A stretch of DNA of 20,000 bases from assembly GCA_000934665.2 (NCBI GenBank), contig KZ538390.1, positions 55,941 through 75,940 of the forward strand, in the 5' to 3' direction. Each line of letters begins with the position of its first letter. The first letter of the stretch is position 1. Positions 1 through 11,735 of this stretch are shown here, one piece after another. The notes under the pieces were generated by a model that worked only from the letters and a program-made list of their open reading frames with translations, made no database searches and was not told the DNA's origin. A program made the position numbers and the translations under genes. Origin of the DNA: Catajapyx aquilonaris. Taxonomy: Eukaryota.

Positions 1-2663
1 CTTCGTTAATACGTTGACCGGCGCTACCCCTAATGGGATTGGATTTTTTAGGGGGAAATGTTGCGGAGGAATGAATAATTGATCTTTTCCCGCCGGCAGG
101 TATTTGGAAATTGGCAGCCACTCTCCCACACCCACCACGTAGCCTCCCCTCTCCCCTCCGTCCCCCACATTTTTTGTTATTAGCACCACCTCACACCCCC
201 CGCATGCCCTCCTGACGACCCCGTCTGATTAACGTGAATATTACACACGTGCAATATGGGAAAGGCTCAAATTGGACTGGTTTGATTGAATCGCACCCGG
301 TGACTTTTCGAAGACACCCAAATTTACAGGGTGAGCCAAAATATTCGCGCAGTAGGGTGTAGAAGCAATCGGATTTTTTTTGTGGAGTGCAATCTTGTCT
401 ATATTTCTGATTTCGGAGCCAAATTCGTACAGGAGCTGGCCAAGTAATATTTTCAGGTTGTCGAAAAGAAATGTTGGATTGAAAGGATGACACTGTACTT
501 GAGCTGCTCGAGTGGTAATTATACCTCTTTGTCATAGCTGCTAAGCAACAGAAGTTTGAAAGGATTCGCTGAACCACCTTGTATATGGCTGGAAATGCTG
601 TATACCGTCTCAGGGATATTGATTCAAAGTACTAGCATTCTAAGACCAGCATTGTACTCGAGCAATGAGGCGACTGCTCTACTTTTGCTTCCGACCGCAA
701 ACTCGTGAGCTTTTCCTTGTCACTCGCTACGCATCGCTTGTTATGATTACACACCGAAAATGCAAGGATTCATCTTGCTTTCATTCGGTATTTGCAACGG
801 CAGATGCTTAAGGGAAAGCAAAGTCATCTGAGGCATCCCACTGAACTGCATGATGTGGGCGAGAAGGAAGTGCGAACAATGCTTCACCGCCCCTCGCAAT
901 CTATAGAGCTGGTTTCTAGCCAAATGCGTAGTTATCTCTCGTTTCCCCAAAATGAGAAAATGCAATCGATTGTTGGCATGCTGCACGTTTGATGCAGGAA
1001 TTATGCCGACAAAGCTTAACCAAACTAGAAAATTATTCCTCGGTCATTGCACGCCTGGTGTAGACTTTGAGCGCCTGCTTGTGATGTAATACGTAGTAAC
1101 ACTCATTACGAACATGCGGAAGACAAAGTCGCACATTGCTGCCTTTGACAACCCAAGCGTGGAAAATTTGAGCAGGACAAGTTCAGAAAGGTGATATAAA
1201 GCCTTGCATGTAGACACTATTACCTGAGGTCTTGCCACAGCATAATATAAAGGCTCTGTGGATCAAACTGCTATATTATTCTAGCATTAAAATTTTCAAT
1301 TCAAATAATATCTCCGTTTATATTTCCCAATAACTACGTCTTTCTGAATACGTAACTCAAGCGCCAGGTTATTAACCCAAAACAATTACGAGCCATTTTC
1401 TGGCCAAACTCCAAATTCGAAAATTACCAAGCAGGGCCTCTCACACAATTGAAGAGTCAAATACACAGTTGAGCTAACAGAAAATCAAAAATATAGACAC
1501 ATTCACTATGCGACTATGATTTCTATTTGCTATGTTTTTACAGTCTAGTCAGCCGCAGGACCTCCCAGCAGCAAAGAATGTCAAAATGAAGGCGAAGATA
1601 ATGGGCGAAAATCCCATTCAAAATTGGGGCTAACGCAGGATCGATGCCGAAATAGAAAACAAATCTAGGTTGCGGATTCCTATCGCAACCAATAGATTCC
1701 ATTGGCGGCTACACACACAAGGGACAATAATTTATTCCCGCAGCGACAAGCAATTCCGGGGAGCTGTTTCGCCATCTGAATACATTCTTCGCAGTGGGAG
1801 GGCGCACTATCCCGGAATAAAAACACTCTGATTACAGGAAATGCAGGCTAAGCACCGCCGAGGACTTTCCCCGAGATCTGAGAAAATTAATTTCGACTTT
1901 TCCGCCAGAACAACGCCCCACTTCGATTACAGCCACGTGAGCCCCATGCTAATTCCATGTGCACTCCGACAACGTGAGTCTGATACAAATTGTGGGTTTT
2001 CCCCGAGAGAGGTTATCAGACACAGTACACTTTCTGGCTTGAAGCCAAGGTTAGGTTAGGGGAGAGAGGAAAAATTGTACTTGCGAATTATCATGTTTCG
2101 CTAACAGGGGCGCATTCTAGCAGATCGATTTTAATCATTTCCATCGTATATGCAGTGTAGGGGTAGATTTCAGCCAAGCAATGCGAACTTCATTTGCAGG
2201 CCGGGGATAAATTGCGTCGCGTGGAAAACCCTTCAGTGGGGCCCGGGTTTGATTTGCTTCTGCGGTTAAGGCCAGCTGAGAGTTAGCAGCATGCGTCGTC
2301 GACGCTCTGGGTTTCACTCCAAATCTCGTCCGTCATGAAAGGAAAATTAGTTGCTTTTGTCATGTAAAGTGGTTCGCCAGTACTGACGAACAATTGCACG
2401 CGTAGCATGCGCCCGAGTGGTATATTCATTGCGTCAATGCCATGGTTTTGCCTTTGCTATATTATCACCTAAATCGCGGATTCAGAAGGGAAACAGCTCG
2501 CCTCTATGCACACGCATTCTTGTTGGGGGAAGGAAGAGCGCGTCATGACAAGTAATACGTTATGGACTACCCGTTGCCAGGACGTCTTCCAAGGGCGGAG
2601 GATATCCGAATATTCTTGGACGGTTTATCACTATTTCCATGGTGGCACCCACAGAAGAAGGCT

Positions 2664-2678
2664 AATAATAATAATAAT
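2664..2678. repeat. (AAT)5 microsatellite directly upstream of the SINE; possible target site/TSD
   Basis: aataataataataat read directly; same unit as the SINE 3' tail. Confidence 0.9.
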
Positions 2679-2693
2679 AGACCGAAGCAGTAG

Positions 2694-2748
2694 TGGTGGA
2701 GTGGATAGGGTGTCCGACTGCTAATCGGGAGGTCCTGGGTTCGAATCC
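2694..2748 (+). promoter_or_regulatory. Internal RNA polymerase III type-2 promoter (A and B boxes) of the SINE head
   Basis: A box TGGTGGAGTGG is close to TRGCNNARYGG. B box GGTTCGAATCC matches GGTTCGANNCC. Spacing is tRNA-like. Confidence 0.82.
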
Positions 2749-2973
2749 CGGAGGCCGGCGACCCTGACCATGGTTTTCTGTGGTTTCCCATGGTCCTTGC
2801 AGGATAATTCCGGGGTCGTTACCGTAATATAGGCCACAGCCGCCTCCTTCCTTCCCTTTCCCTGCTTCATTCCGGTGATGAGAAAAATAGTAAAAATGGA
2901 AGAGTTCCAGACAAAAAATTGGGAGAAATCCCCCCCTAGGAAAGCCCGTAGGCTGATAAAGGGTTATCAAATT

Positions 2974-2976
<3 letters not shown>

Positions 2977-3039
<63 letters not shown>
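2977..3039. repeat. (AAT)21 microsatellite, SINE tail
   Basis: Perfect 63-bp AAT run; it generates the poly-N/poly-Y ORFs in the track. Confidence 0.98.
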
Positions 3040-6000
3040 CCTTTATTACCTGCAATTCTCGATGCAGTGTGCTAACGTTTATTGCTGATAATTTTTGTAC
3101 GATTTGTAATCGATAGTATAGTAACGCATTGTTATTCTGTAAGCTATGCAGCACAATATTTATCAGCATAATTTATTATGCTTTAATTATTTTAATAAAT
3201 ATATTATTATATTATAATTGTTATAATAAAATTATTAGTGGCCAATATTGTAATTATTATAGCGCAGAAAAATCAACAATTTCATCAGGTCGAAAGCACA
3301 AACGAATTAATTAAAACACACACATAAATTAATTGTGATTACGGGAGAGAGAAATCGGCGTAAAAATATCATATACAGTACAACACGCAAGCAAGAACCA
3401 ATATTGGGAATGAGCAATGCTTTCACGTCCATGTGAAAATAATATAAGCAGGATTTATAGGAGAGAATGGAACAAAAATCGGTTTTGCAGTGCGAGGGCT
3501 TTGTTAGAGGCTCTTACGGTCGAGCTGGCGTATGAACAGAAATCGAAGCTCATCATAGGGTTTGGGCTGGTGTCAATAACAAAGGTTTGCATATTGCAGC
3601 AGAGGCAGCAGCAGCAGCCGGGTGAGGCCAGAGATGATCGGGCGGTTAAAAGCGTCCACCTCCGTGGGGCCCAATTCCACCCTGATCCATTTGACTGCGA
3701 CACACTAACCTCCTACATATTTCATAGGCTCCCACCTGATGTTGCATCCTAATCAGAACCGATACATCCAATTGAACTGAACCGGAGGCCGCACGCTCCG
3801 ACTGTAGGTGGCTCAATAAAGCCGACGATTGAAAACGCAATGGCAAGCGCTCCACGTGCTGCACTTTTTACACATCCTCGTTTAGTAATTAACCTTTGAC
3901 TGGATACAACCACAATTTTTGTTTGTATTTATCTCTGCAGTGGCCAGCCTCCAACACGGCGCAGATGAAATGAGTTGTCGGGTTTGAGGTAAACAAGGTA
4001 TTTTTAGGGCGCAAAATGCAGCAGGTGCTACGTTTCGATTGGCCGCACTGGAAAAGCCCAGGCGATAGATACAGTGCAGAATACAGTCCATTCGCTCCCA
4101 ACAGCCCTATAACGTCCAAAACTGGCGTGTAAAACCGACCGGCATAATTACAAACTCGGGACGAAAACAGTGCCGTACCCCATGCCGGGCACAGCCATGT
4201 AAGAATATCAATATCACTGGGGCCAACCCCTACTGCTGCAAGGAGTGGCTTATAGGGAAGGGGACATTGATAAAATTTCGACAGCCTCGTTAGTATGTCA
4301 CAAAGAACGTAAACTGCACTTTGGAGGGAGGCAAGTTGAGCATATCATGGGGATGTCATGTTTCAAAAATATCCCGCTGTGGCTTCCAAGTCTTGCCATA
4401 ATTTTGAGCAAAGTGCGTCGTTTATTAAAAGGTAAGCACGTCGAATAATCCGTTGAGATTTTACAACCCCACAAAGCAAGCGCTCGTCTTTTGAGATCAA
4501 AAGCCGAAAGATTATCGTTGTTGGGTTGCAGTTTCCTACAAGCCCCAATGCACGCTTCAGAAAATTCTTGAACGATTAAGTCAGGTATTTACCAGGATCA
4601 CCAATCTCTTTTAGTAGCGCTTTTCATGTCCGATGACGCACGCAGTAAATTTAAGAATGCTTTACGAGCAAGTGCTGAGAAAAGAAGGCTATCATGAGGC
4701 TGCGCAAGGACCGCGCAGGTATTGAATTTCAGGAAGGCTTCGTAAAAATTTCCTCTCCTTTGTGTGTGTACTCCTTCTTCAGCCATATTGCACATCGATT
4801 TTCATTTTTTTTGTACAGAAAGACTCGACAGTTGGTAACCTGAATTAACGCTCACCAATCAACAGGGGAATTCGAATGCAAGGGAGCACTAGCACCAAAA
4901 AGCCATCCTCTTCATTTTCTATCTGCGATTGTTTGATGACAGCTTTTAAAACCCTCCCAACGTGGGCTCTTACACGCTTGTCATTTCGATTTCGGAGTTG
5001 AACTCATGCCTGCACGGGATTTGACGGGAGCATTGGTACGTACTGCACTGCACGAGTTTCCCCGACTCTGCACAAAAACGGCCACTGATAACAGTCGAGT
5101 GCATGACACCCATTTGTTTCCACGTGTCTTGTACGACATCATTCTGCTAGCTGCTGCTTCTGCAAGAGTTATTCCCGGAATTCAAATAACTTGCAGCCGG
5201 CTATATTATGACATGTTCAGGTCTGCACAAGTCCGCTCGTGCCTGGGCTCGTTCAGGCGGGATTAATTAAAAACACGGGGCCTCCGGAAAGAACGCTCGA
5301 TGAGAGAACAGATTATGCACCTAACCATTTTGCTTCTTTTCCAAGGGAGATGAATCCTATAAAAAAAAATCAGGGATTTTCAGGAATTTTTGCAGATTGT
5401 GACATTTGAAGTTGTAAGGGATAAAAAGGGAATGTACTGTAATATAATGATTCTGCTGTGGATTTACGTTTAATATATCTTTGCCCGTGGCGCGTTTAAC
5501 ATCATTTTGCACTGTACAGTGCATTGCAGGAGGAAAAACGGATTTACTTGGAGGAATAGTTGGAGTAAGGCAAGGGTCCAGTGGTTTATAATCTGTCAGA
5601 GAGGCAGTATTCACTGTCATAACATTACCGCGAGGGCAAATACAGTTCAGGTGCATAGCACGTATATTTCTGATAAAAACCTGCTCTCGACAGCCGCGCT
5701 CTGGTTTAATTTAAAGCCGAATTAGAATAATAGAATGATGTATATGCGTCACTAATATTAAAACCGTAATGACTGTAATTTATAGCAGAATTAATTAGTC
5801 CTCAATATGAATTTTACATTGTGGTTAATCGGCAATGTCAATTAACAATTTCATTACCAAAACATTAAGCTTAAGCAAATAAGTTGTCTGGATTTATTTC
5901 AGTGATTGGGGACACTTTTTCAAGGAGCAACTAGAGGTGTAGGCAGTTTTGTTGTAATGCAATCCTGGAATATTGAAGTCACTAATGATGGATCTGATTT

Positions 6001-6978
6001 TGAAGCGTGATGTTCCGATATGCTCGGTTGCTCACTACCATAATTACATATTTTCCGCACCATATGGGATATGATAGGTTAGTGGATGACTCCTCTAAAT
6101 CGCTAAATCCACGAGATTCACATATCTTAATTGTGATTATTGAAAAACAATCAGTTCTTTAATTGTCTAATAAAAACAGACGCTTTCTAAAAATACCACA
6201 TGGAGCATCAGGAAGCATTCAATGTTCCATAGCATGGGCTATTTGTACACTTTCTTTTACAACTCCGCGAGAAATAAAGCGCTGTTTTGTATTCTGAAGA
6301 TGCCGCATTTCCTGGCGAATCGTCGGAAAACATCCCTGCCTTGCGAAATTTCTTTTCGCTACGATATGTTGTCAATGGCAGGCTCGAGTCTCCTAGGGAA
6401 GGGGCGAGGTAAACTTTTGTGAGCACATAATAATATACCTCCACGAAAATGTGGATGGCCCTTCCCTCCCACCCACCCCCAACTGCCAGCCTACTTCACC
6501 AGTTATGATAACAGAGTACATCGACCGCTGTGGGAGAATTTGCAAAGGTCCGATGCCTAGCCGTAAAATTATACGACTTAAAAAATTCTACTAATGTTTC
6601 ACACTTATGAATCCCAGCATGAAAATAATATAGGAACGTATTATGAAGTGCAACCTTGGTGTAACTAAAGCCACGTTTTGTAATAAAAATCGTAATAACC
6701 GAACAATTAAGCCTACTGCACCTACAGTCAAGCCAGAAACGTGCCTATGGTACAGGTGAATAGGCCAGTCAGTCAGGTACTGTATTACCTTTAAAAAATG
6801 TTCCTCCAAACGTCATCACTGGCCAGTGTGAAGTACTGTAAAAGTACTAAAACACTGGAGTGCTGGTGATTATATAGCCCCACATTACGTTTGTCCTAAA
6901 CTTTTTTTGACTAGTACAGTACTGTGGTGCGTTCTTTGAATAGAACTACGATGCATGGACACAATTTCAGTAGGGTAC

Positions 6979-7395
6979 GGGTACAGGACAAAAGAGCGTG
7001 TTCTATTTGTTTTGGAGCCAAGTGACTTCACCCAGTGGCGTGCTGAGTGGATGACTATCAGAATAAACAGGCTGATAAGTGCTTCAAGGAAGAATGCGGG
7101 TAGACTAGTGCCCGTATATACATAATTACATATGGATGTTGAGTCGGAAAAAGGGTTTTGGAGGTTCTGGATGAGTTCGAAACTCATTGTCAGTGGCAAT
7201 GTATGGTATGACTTCTGCAGGATGGGTTTGAGGGACACTCCACGTGGGAGATACGGGGGTTTGAAGTTTGTTGAATTTCCCTTATGAGTTTTTTGTTCAA
7301 ATTCTGAGGCACTCTAATATACTTGCCAGATAAATTACTTTCCACCATGTACAGTAGTACGGTACTTTTGTCAAGAACTACAGTACTCAATTCTG
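6979..7395 (-). pseudogene. Possible decayed 3' end of a non-LTR retrotransposon ORF2 (Rex1/L2-like C-terminus)
   Basis: Broken minus-strand peptides in the expected order: IE..VL, WW/SNLS, NLNKKLIREIQQ, ILQKSYHTL...FEL, KTNRTRSFV. These resemble the remembered consensus IESVLT...W.GNL...ASKIIG...IL.DP.HPL...FELLPS...KT.R..SFVP. Needs several frameshifts; inference only. Confidence 0.3.
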
Positions 7396-8712
7396 ACCAA
7401 AATGTGACTGACCGTTCTGCTCTTCACGCGTTCATTTTTGACTACTACAGTTATAACTTATTTCCTACTACAGAAATATTTGGACATTATAGGCCTGCAA
7501 TTGTAATTACATTAACTCTTATCTACTGCCAATTACCTCTGCTCTAGTAATCAGAGACCAACTTGCTTACATGGTAAACCAAATAGATCCTACCTTTCTT
7601 TTTATACTTTGCATTAAGCTCACTCGTGTTGACGAGTGCACTGCAAGGTAGGGTTTGCATTTGGTTCCCACTGGGCTACATCTATTCCACCCAATAATCA
7701 AAGGCCAACTTCGGTTAAAAGGACAGCCAGGAAATCTGTTCGAAATGTGTCTCCGCATTATCATGCACCATCTTCCTTTTTGGCGATCAACACCGTCCAC
7801 TAAATCGTTCCAACCCGATTCCTCTGTCTTTCGGCAAGTCACTCACGCTCCCCAGATAGCCCGAAATTCAATATATCCCACTGCCTCCCCTGAACGGTTA
7901 ACTATAAAACGAGACAAGTGAGAAAATGGGCCAGCGGCGTGGGGCACCGGACCGACTACTGAGGCGGCCTCTATCCTCAGCGTCCCTCCATTTTACGGCT
8001 GTCTAACTCCAAGGCGTGCTCTGCCTGCTTACATTCCCGGCACCCATAATCTCTTGTATAAAAAGATGAAAACAACGGGTTGGCCCAGAAGAGAAAGAGA
8101 GAGAAAAAAAAGAAGAAAACGCTGACTGTGGACTCCGCCTCCTGGCTCGGAATTTCTGGTAAGATGTTGTGTGACCTCCCTTTTGCCTTTTCCCAGTTAG
8201 TGCCAGAGGGCTATGGCACACTTCCAAGCGGCGGAGGGAGGCTTTCTTCCCAATGCTATGCTGTTTCATTATGACCAGGCGTAAAAAAGAAAGGAGGCAA
8301 CACGCAGAGCAGCCCATTCTCCAACTCCAAAGGGGATGGAGAGGTTGGGTGGGTGGAGGAAGGGGTGGGTGGTTTTGCAGGCATGGATTTGATGGAATGG
8401 AACAACCCAGACACCTTTAGTTCAGCGGGGAACCTCAAAAAGAAGTGCCTCCTTGAATCAAATTAGCAAGTTTAAATAAAAAAGGGCAAGTCCATTTGCA
8501 TTTGCCTACCACAGGTCCACAGTATCCTCAAGGTGACTTTCAGGAAAGTTCAAGGGTCAATCTCAGTTAATTTTGTGCAGAGAGCTATAATATTATACTG
8601 CAATAACAAATCTAGGCATTGAAGACATGTTTGAGTACTGTAGGCCTACACTCTACTAGAGAAACACTGTCTTACAAGTATAATCGGTGCAAATTACTTA
8701 AATATTACTATC

Positions 8713-8780
<68 letters not shown>

Positions 8781-8812
8781 TGATACTTNAATAATAATAA
8801 TAATAATAATAA
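8713..8812. repeat. (AAT)n microsatellite interrupted by an assembly N (8789) with duplicated flank
   Basis: (AAT)n-AACTGATACTT-N-(AAT)n-AACTGATACTT read directly. Confidence 0.95.
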
Positions 8813-9544
8813 CTGATACTTTATTCTTGGTTTACTGCACAATGCACGAGTTATAATAACATTGCAAGATGCAACAATCTCATACTTAGATGTTACTGTT
8901 ACTTTTGTTACATTGTGTTCAACATAGAGTAGTTCGAAACTGTATTATTACAGTAGCCTACCATCCTTACGAGAGATACTTTTTTTTTAGCTAATTTTAT
9001 TTCATTAATTTTATCAATTTGCCAGCCACGGCATGGATGGTGGGTGGAATACGCCTCCCACTCTTTTAATTATGGCACTAATGGAACGTCATTAGTCAAG
9101 GCAATCTGAGCACTTCCTACAGTGTGATTGCGTTAATTACATGTACCTCACCGAGGAAAACACTTCTACACTAGCGTCAGGGTATCATCCGGGATATCAT
9201 CATTTGATCCTGGGTTATAGGGATATGCTTACGAAATAATTTTTTTACTAGCAGTTTATCAGTTCAAGGCCAATAGCAATATTGGGAAACATCGAATGCT
9301 ACTGTATATAAACTCGCGTAATTTACACAGATCTGGAATATGTGTTTATTTTTTAAGTATGTAGGGTATACACTCACTTAATTCTCCTACATTGGAATAA
9401 TTATGCAGTTTGAGCCTCCAGGGTGTAATTCCATCGTGGATGTTTATAATGATATGAGAATTACGTTGATGATGATGGAATGGGTCCCTAGGGTCACCGA
9501 CCCATATTTCTTGTTACCTGTCCTTTTTTATGCTATCGCCTTCC

Positions 9545-9800
9545 ACGAAGTGACCTGACCCAGATGACTCCATAAGCACTCAAACCCCCCATGTCTTCAT
9601 CACCATACCATTTCGGCAGCCAGAGATCAAAGCGAGTCGTAGCAAAATATTCCTTTCGCTGATTAAGTCGACACCTCTGACAATGGGGCGAAATAAAACA
9701 TGATGGAGGTTCGCTCCAGTTACACATGCGCATTCCCTCTGGTAGATCCCGAAGTGTAACCGGAAGTTGAGGCCTTAGCGACTAGAGAATCATCCACCAT
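9545..9800 (+). pseudogene. Decayed LINE reverse-transcriptase N-terminal fragment (Jockey/CR1-like)
   Basis: One frame from 9548 reads K*PDPDD...TMGRNKT*WRFAPVT...IPKCNRKLRP, then a shifted frame reads SD*RII. This is collinear with the LINE RT consensus KSPGPDG...G..P..WK.A.V..IPK.....SDYRPIS. Confidence 0.5.
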
Positions 9801-11199
9801 GTTTTATTTGTCAAAAAAGAAATTAGCATTAGTTAATATTAAATTGAAAGTCTTCTGTAAGTTATATATAATAGGAGACACCAGCTACCATACTCTAGCT
9901 CAAATATGATGGCCATAAAAAATTAAGATGAAGAATGAAACCCTCTCTATAGGACAGGCGCCCATTACTCGGTAGTCAAGAGTACTTATAAAATGTTATG
10001 GTTTTAACAAAGGCACACAGAAACTGCAGAAAATGAAAACTTTTTTATTACGCAAACGGATTATGCGTGAAGTCACCTGCATCTAAAGTACTTCATGGAG
10101 CTAATCCTCATGAAATTTGTTCAACACTCCAGCTCTTTTGTGAAATGAGTTGTTTCATACTGCATGTTGCAACACCCGGTTTCTCTCCTTCTGTAGTGTG
10201 TGCTTTGACTGAAGCCCAACAACAGTGTTTGCAATATTACTGACGATTTTCACACTGGAAAGCAAAAAACTAGGAAATCCTAACAAAAACGAATCGATCG
10301 CCCTTTGTGATTTATTTAGGCCTAGTGGGCTTTAATCATTCCGGGGAAATTACCTGCTCTAGAGCCCTGAGATGCTGGGATGTTAGGTTTTTGCTCACTT
10401 CCGCGCCTTCGGGCTGGAATATAATACCAAGTGCTATTTAGCTTACGGGGGTAGGATGGCTGGCAAATATATCGATGGACCTATCGCATTTTTGTTTTTC
10501 AACTAGGGCTTGAAATATGGGCCTTGAATGAGAATAGCTGCACGGGGGAAGTTGGAAAAGAGGATAGGAGGGGTTCAGACCGGACCCAGAGGTGCATTTG
10601 GGGAGGAAACTAGATGCTGAAATTATTGCTCCATTTCGACCACGCCCAGACCTTGTATAATCCCATCGGCTTTTTATCCGGCAAAAATTCCCGCGTTTGA
10701 ATCGGGTTCCAAATAGGTATATGAGACAGAAAATTGGACAGGACATGGTTTCCGAATGAAATGCATGGAAATTACATATATTTTCAATGTCGGTTGATAC
10801 ACTGTCTTGTACAATTTGCTGCGCATGGATGCTGTTGCTGCAGAAGTGAAATTATCTCCATGCGTGGCGGTAGAGGATAGAAAAATAATTATGTCATTAC
10901 AGAAGTTAATGCAAACTTTTATTACTCGCGAGGCAGCGCAGTCTACTCGAGAGTGAAGCGGCACAGTAGTCCAGTAATATTGTTGCAAATGATTGCGAGC
11001 GAAATAAATTTAATTACTTCCCTTAGCTGTTCCGACAAGTTTTCGCAAAATGAGTTAGTACTCTAATGGCTATATTAGATAAACAGTAACAAGTTTTGTA
11101 ATTTGCAAAATTTTCTTACTTCTTATTATCCGTCCAAGCATGAACTGCATCCAGACTTTTGCCATTACATGGCACAATAATTGGCTTGATCCAACAGTC

Positions 11200-11735
11200 A
11201 GGCCTGCACTAAACAGGAACAAAATGGCTCTTCCACCGCAAAACTCAGCAATGACAGAAACGTGACCGTCTCCAACTCCCCGGGCCATAAGTGAGAAAAA
11301 TGAAGTATCAGAAATCCGCTCGACTAAAGGAGGGCATGTCCTCAACATTTCCCCAATTTCTGCTGATCTTCCGCCTACCCTCCACCATCCTGTCGACAGA
11401 ACCCAAGTTAGCCTCTATTCCAAGGCGTCCACTATAAAGCAACCCATTTCGCACACCAGATGATGGCCTTCTTCAATCCACCGTCAGGTTATGGCCTCTT
11501 GTGCACGGGGGCCCCACCTTTGAATCCCATTCGACACTGAGGCTGGAGCAGAAACTTGGGGGAGTGCGAAGAGCTACCTTGCATACTAATCAGACCAAAA
11601 TCCTCCACCTCACTTCCCGATATGGATGGATTCTCTCAAGATGGAGGTACGAGTCAGCAGGACGCTTCGCTTGGACGCCATCTTTAATGGCCCATGCCTG
11701 CTGGTCACCCTCCACCCCGGATGACTTGTGGCTAC
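11200..11735 (-). pseudogene. Decayed LINE reverse-transcriptase fragment (possibly R1/LOA-like)
   Basis: Minus-strand motifs in order: KSSGVEG (11727-11707; cf. KSPG.DG), AR*LF.LP (cf. ARVVFIPK), AGGCCATAACCTGACG (11497-11482; RPISLT with two deletions), GK...AL/LVERI (~11355-11310). Multiple stops and frameshifts. Confidence 0.4.

Larger units (their letters stand above)
2680..3039 (+). mobile_element. tRNA-derived SINE (SINE2), insect Lm1-like body, (AAT)n tail
   Basis: Seen: Pol III A box TGGTGGAGTGG (2694-2704), anticodon-like arm TCCGA-CTGCTAA-TCGGG (2713-2729), B box GGTTCGAATCC (2738-2748), a non-tRNA body (GGTTTTCTGTGGTTTCCC...CAGGATAATTCCGGGG...AGGCCACAGCCGCCTCCTTCC), then a simple-repeat tail. 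From memory the body resembles Locusta Lm1-type insect SINEs (not searched). Confidence 0.88.

Noticed and set aside
191..1238. Short ORFs and a LYMAGNAVYRL motif as a DNA-transposase relic
   Set aside because: A single weak motif with no collinear support.
1411..1426. Exact 16-mer CCAAATTCGAAAATTA repeated at 14699-14714
   Set aside because: AT-rich with no flanking similarity; compatible with chance in 20 kb.
2049..2062. Insect telomeric (TTAGG)n
   Set aside because: Only two units.
2686..2756. Functional tRNA-Ser(GCT) gene
   Set aside because: No acceptor-stem pairing, no long variable arm, no adjacent Pol III terminator; it runs into a SINE body.
2865..2965. Hammerhead ribozyme in the SINE 3' region (GTGATGAG, GAAA, CTGATAA)
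   Set aside because: Core motifs are imperfect and the three required stems cannot be formed.
2875..3169. ORFs with poly-Asn or poly-Tyr
   Set aside because: These are translations of the (AAT)21 microsatellite.
3417..3752. 111-aa ORF with QQRQQQQ
   Set aside because: Only a short CAG run; no domain similarity or convincing splice structure.
5518..5529. Partial match to the 3' end of insect miR-932 as remembered (AGTGCATTGCAG)
   Set aside because: Seed region absent and no precursor hairpin.
7790..7900. RTE RT motif EF.YLGSV on the minus strand
   Set aside because: One short motif needing a frameshift; flanks give no support.
8332..8372. G-rich tract with G-quadruplex potential (also ~14595-14623 and 15825-15840)
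   Set aside because: Low-complexity purine tracts are common; no context suggesting function.
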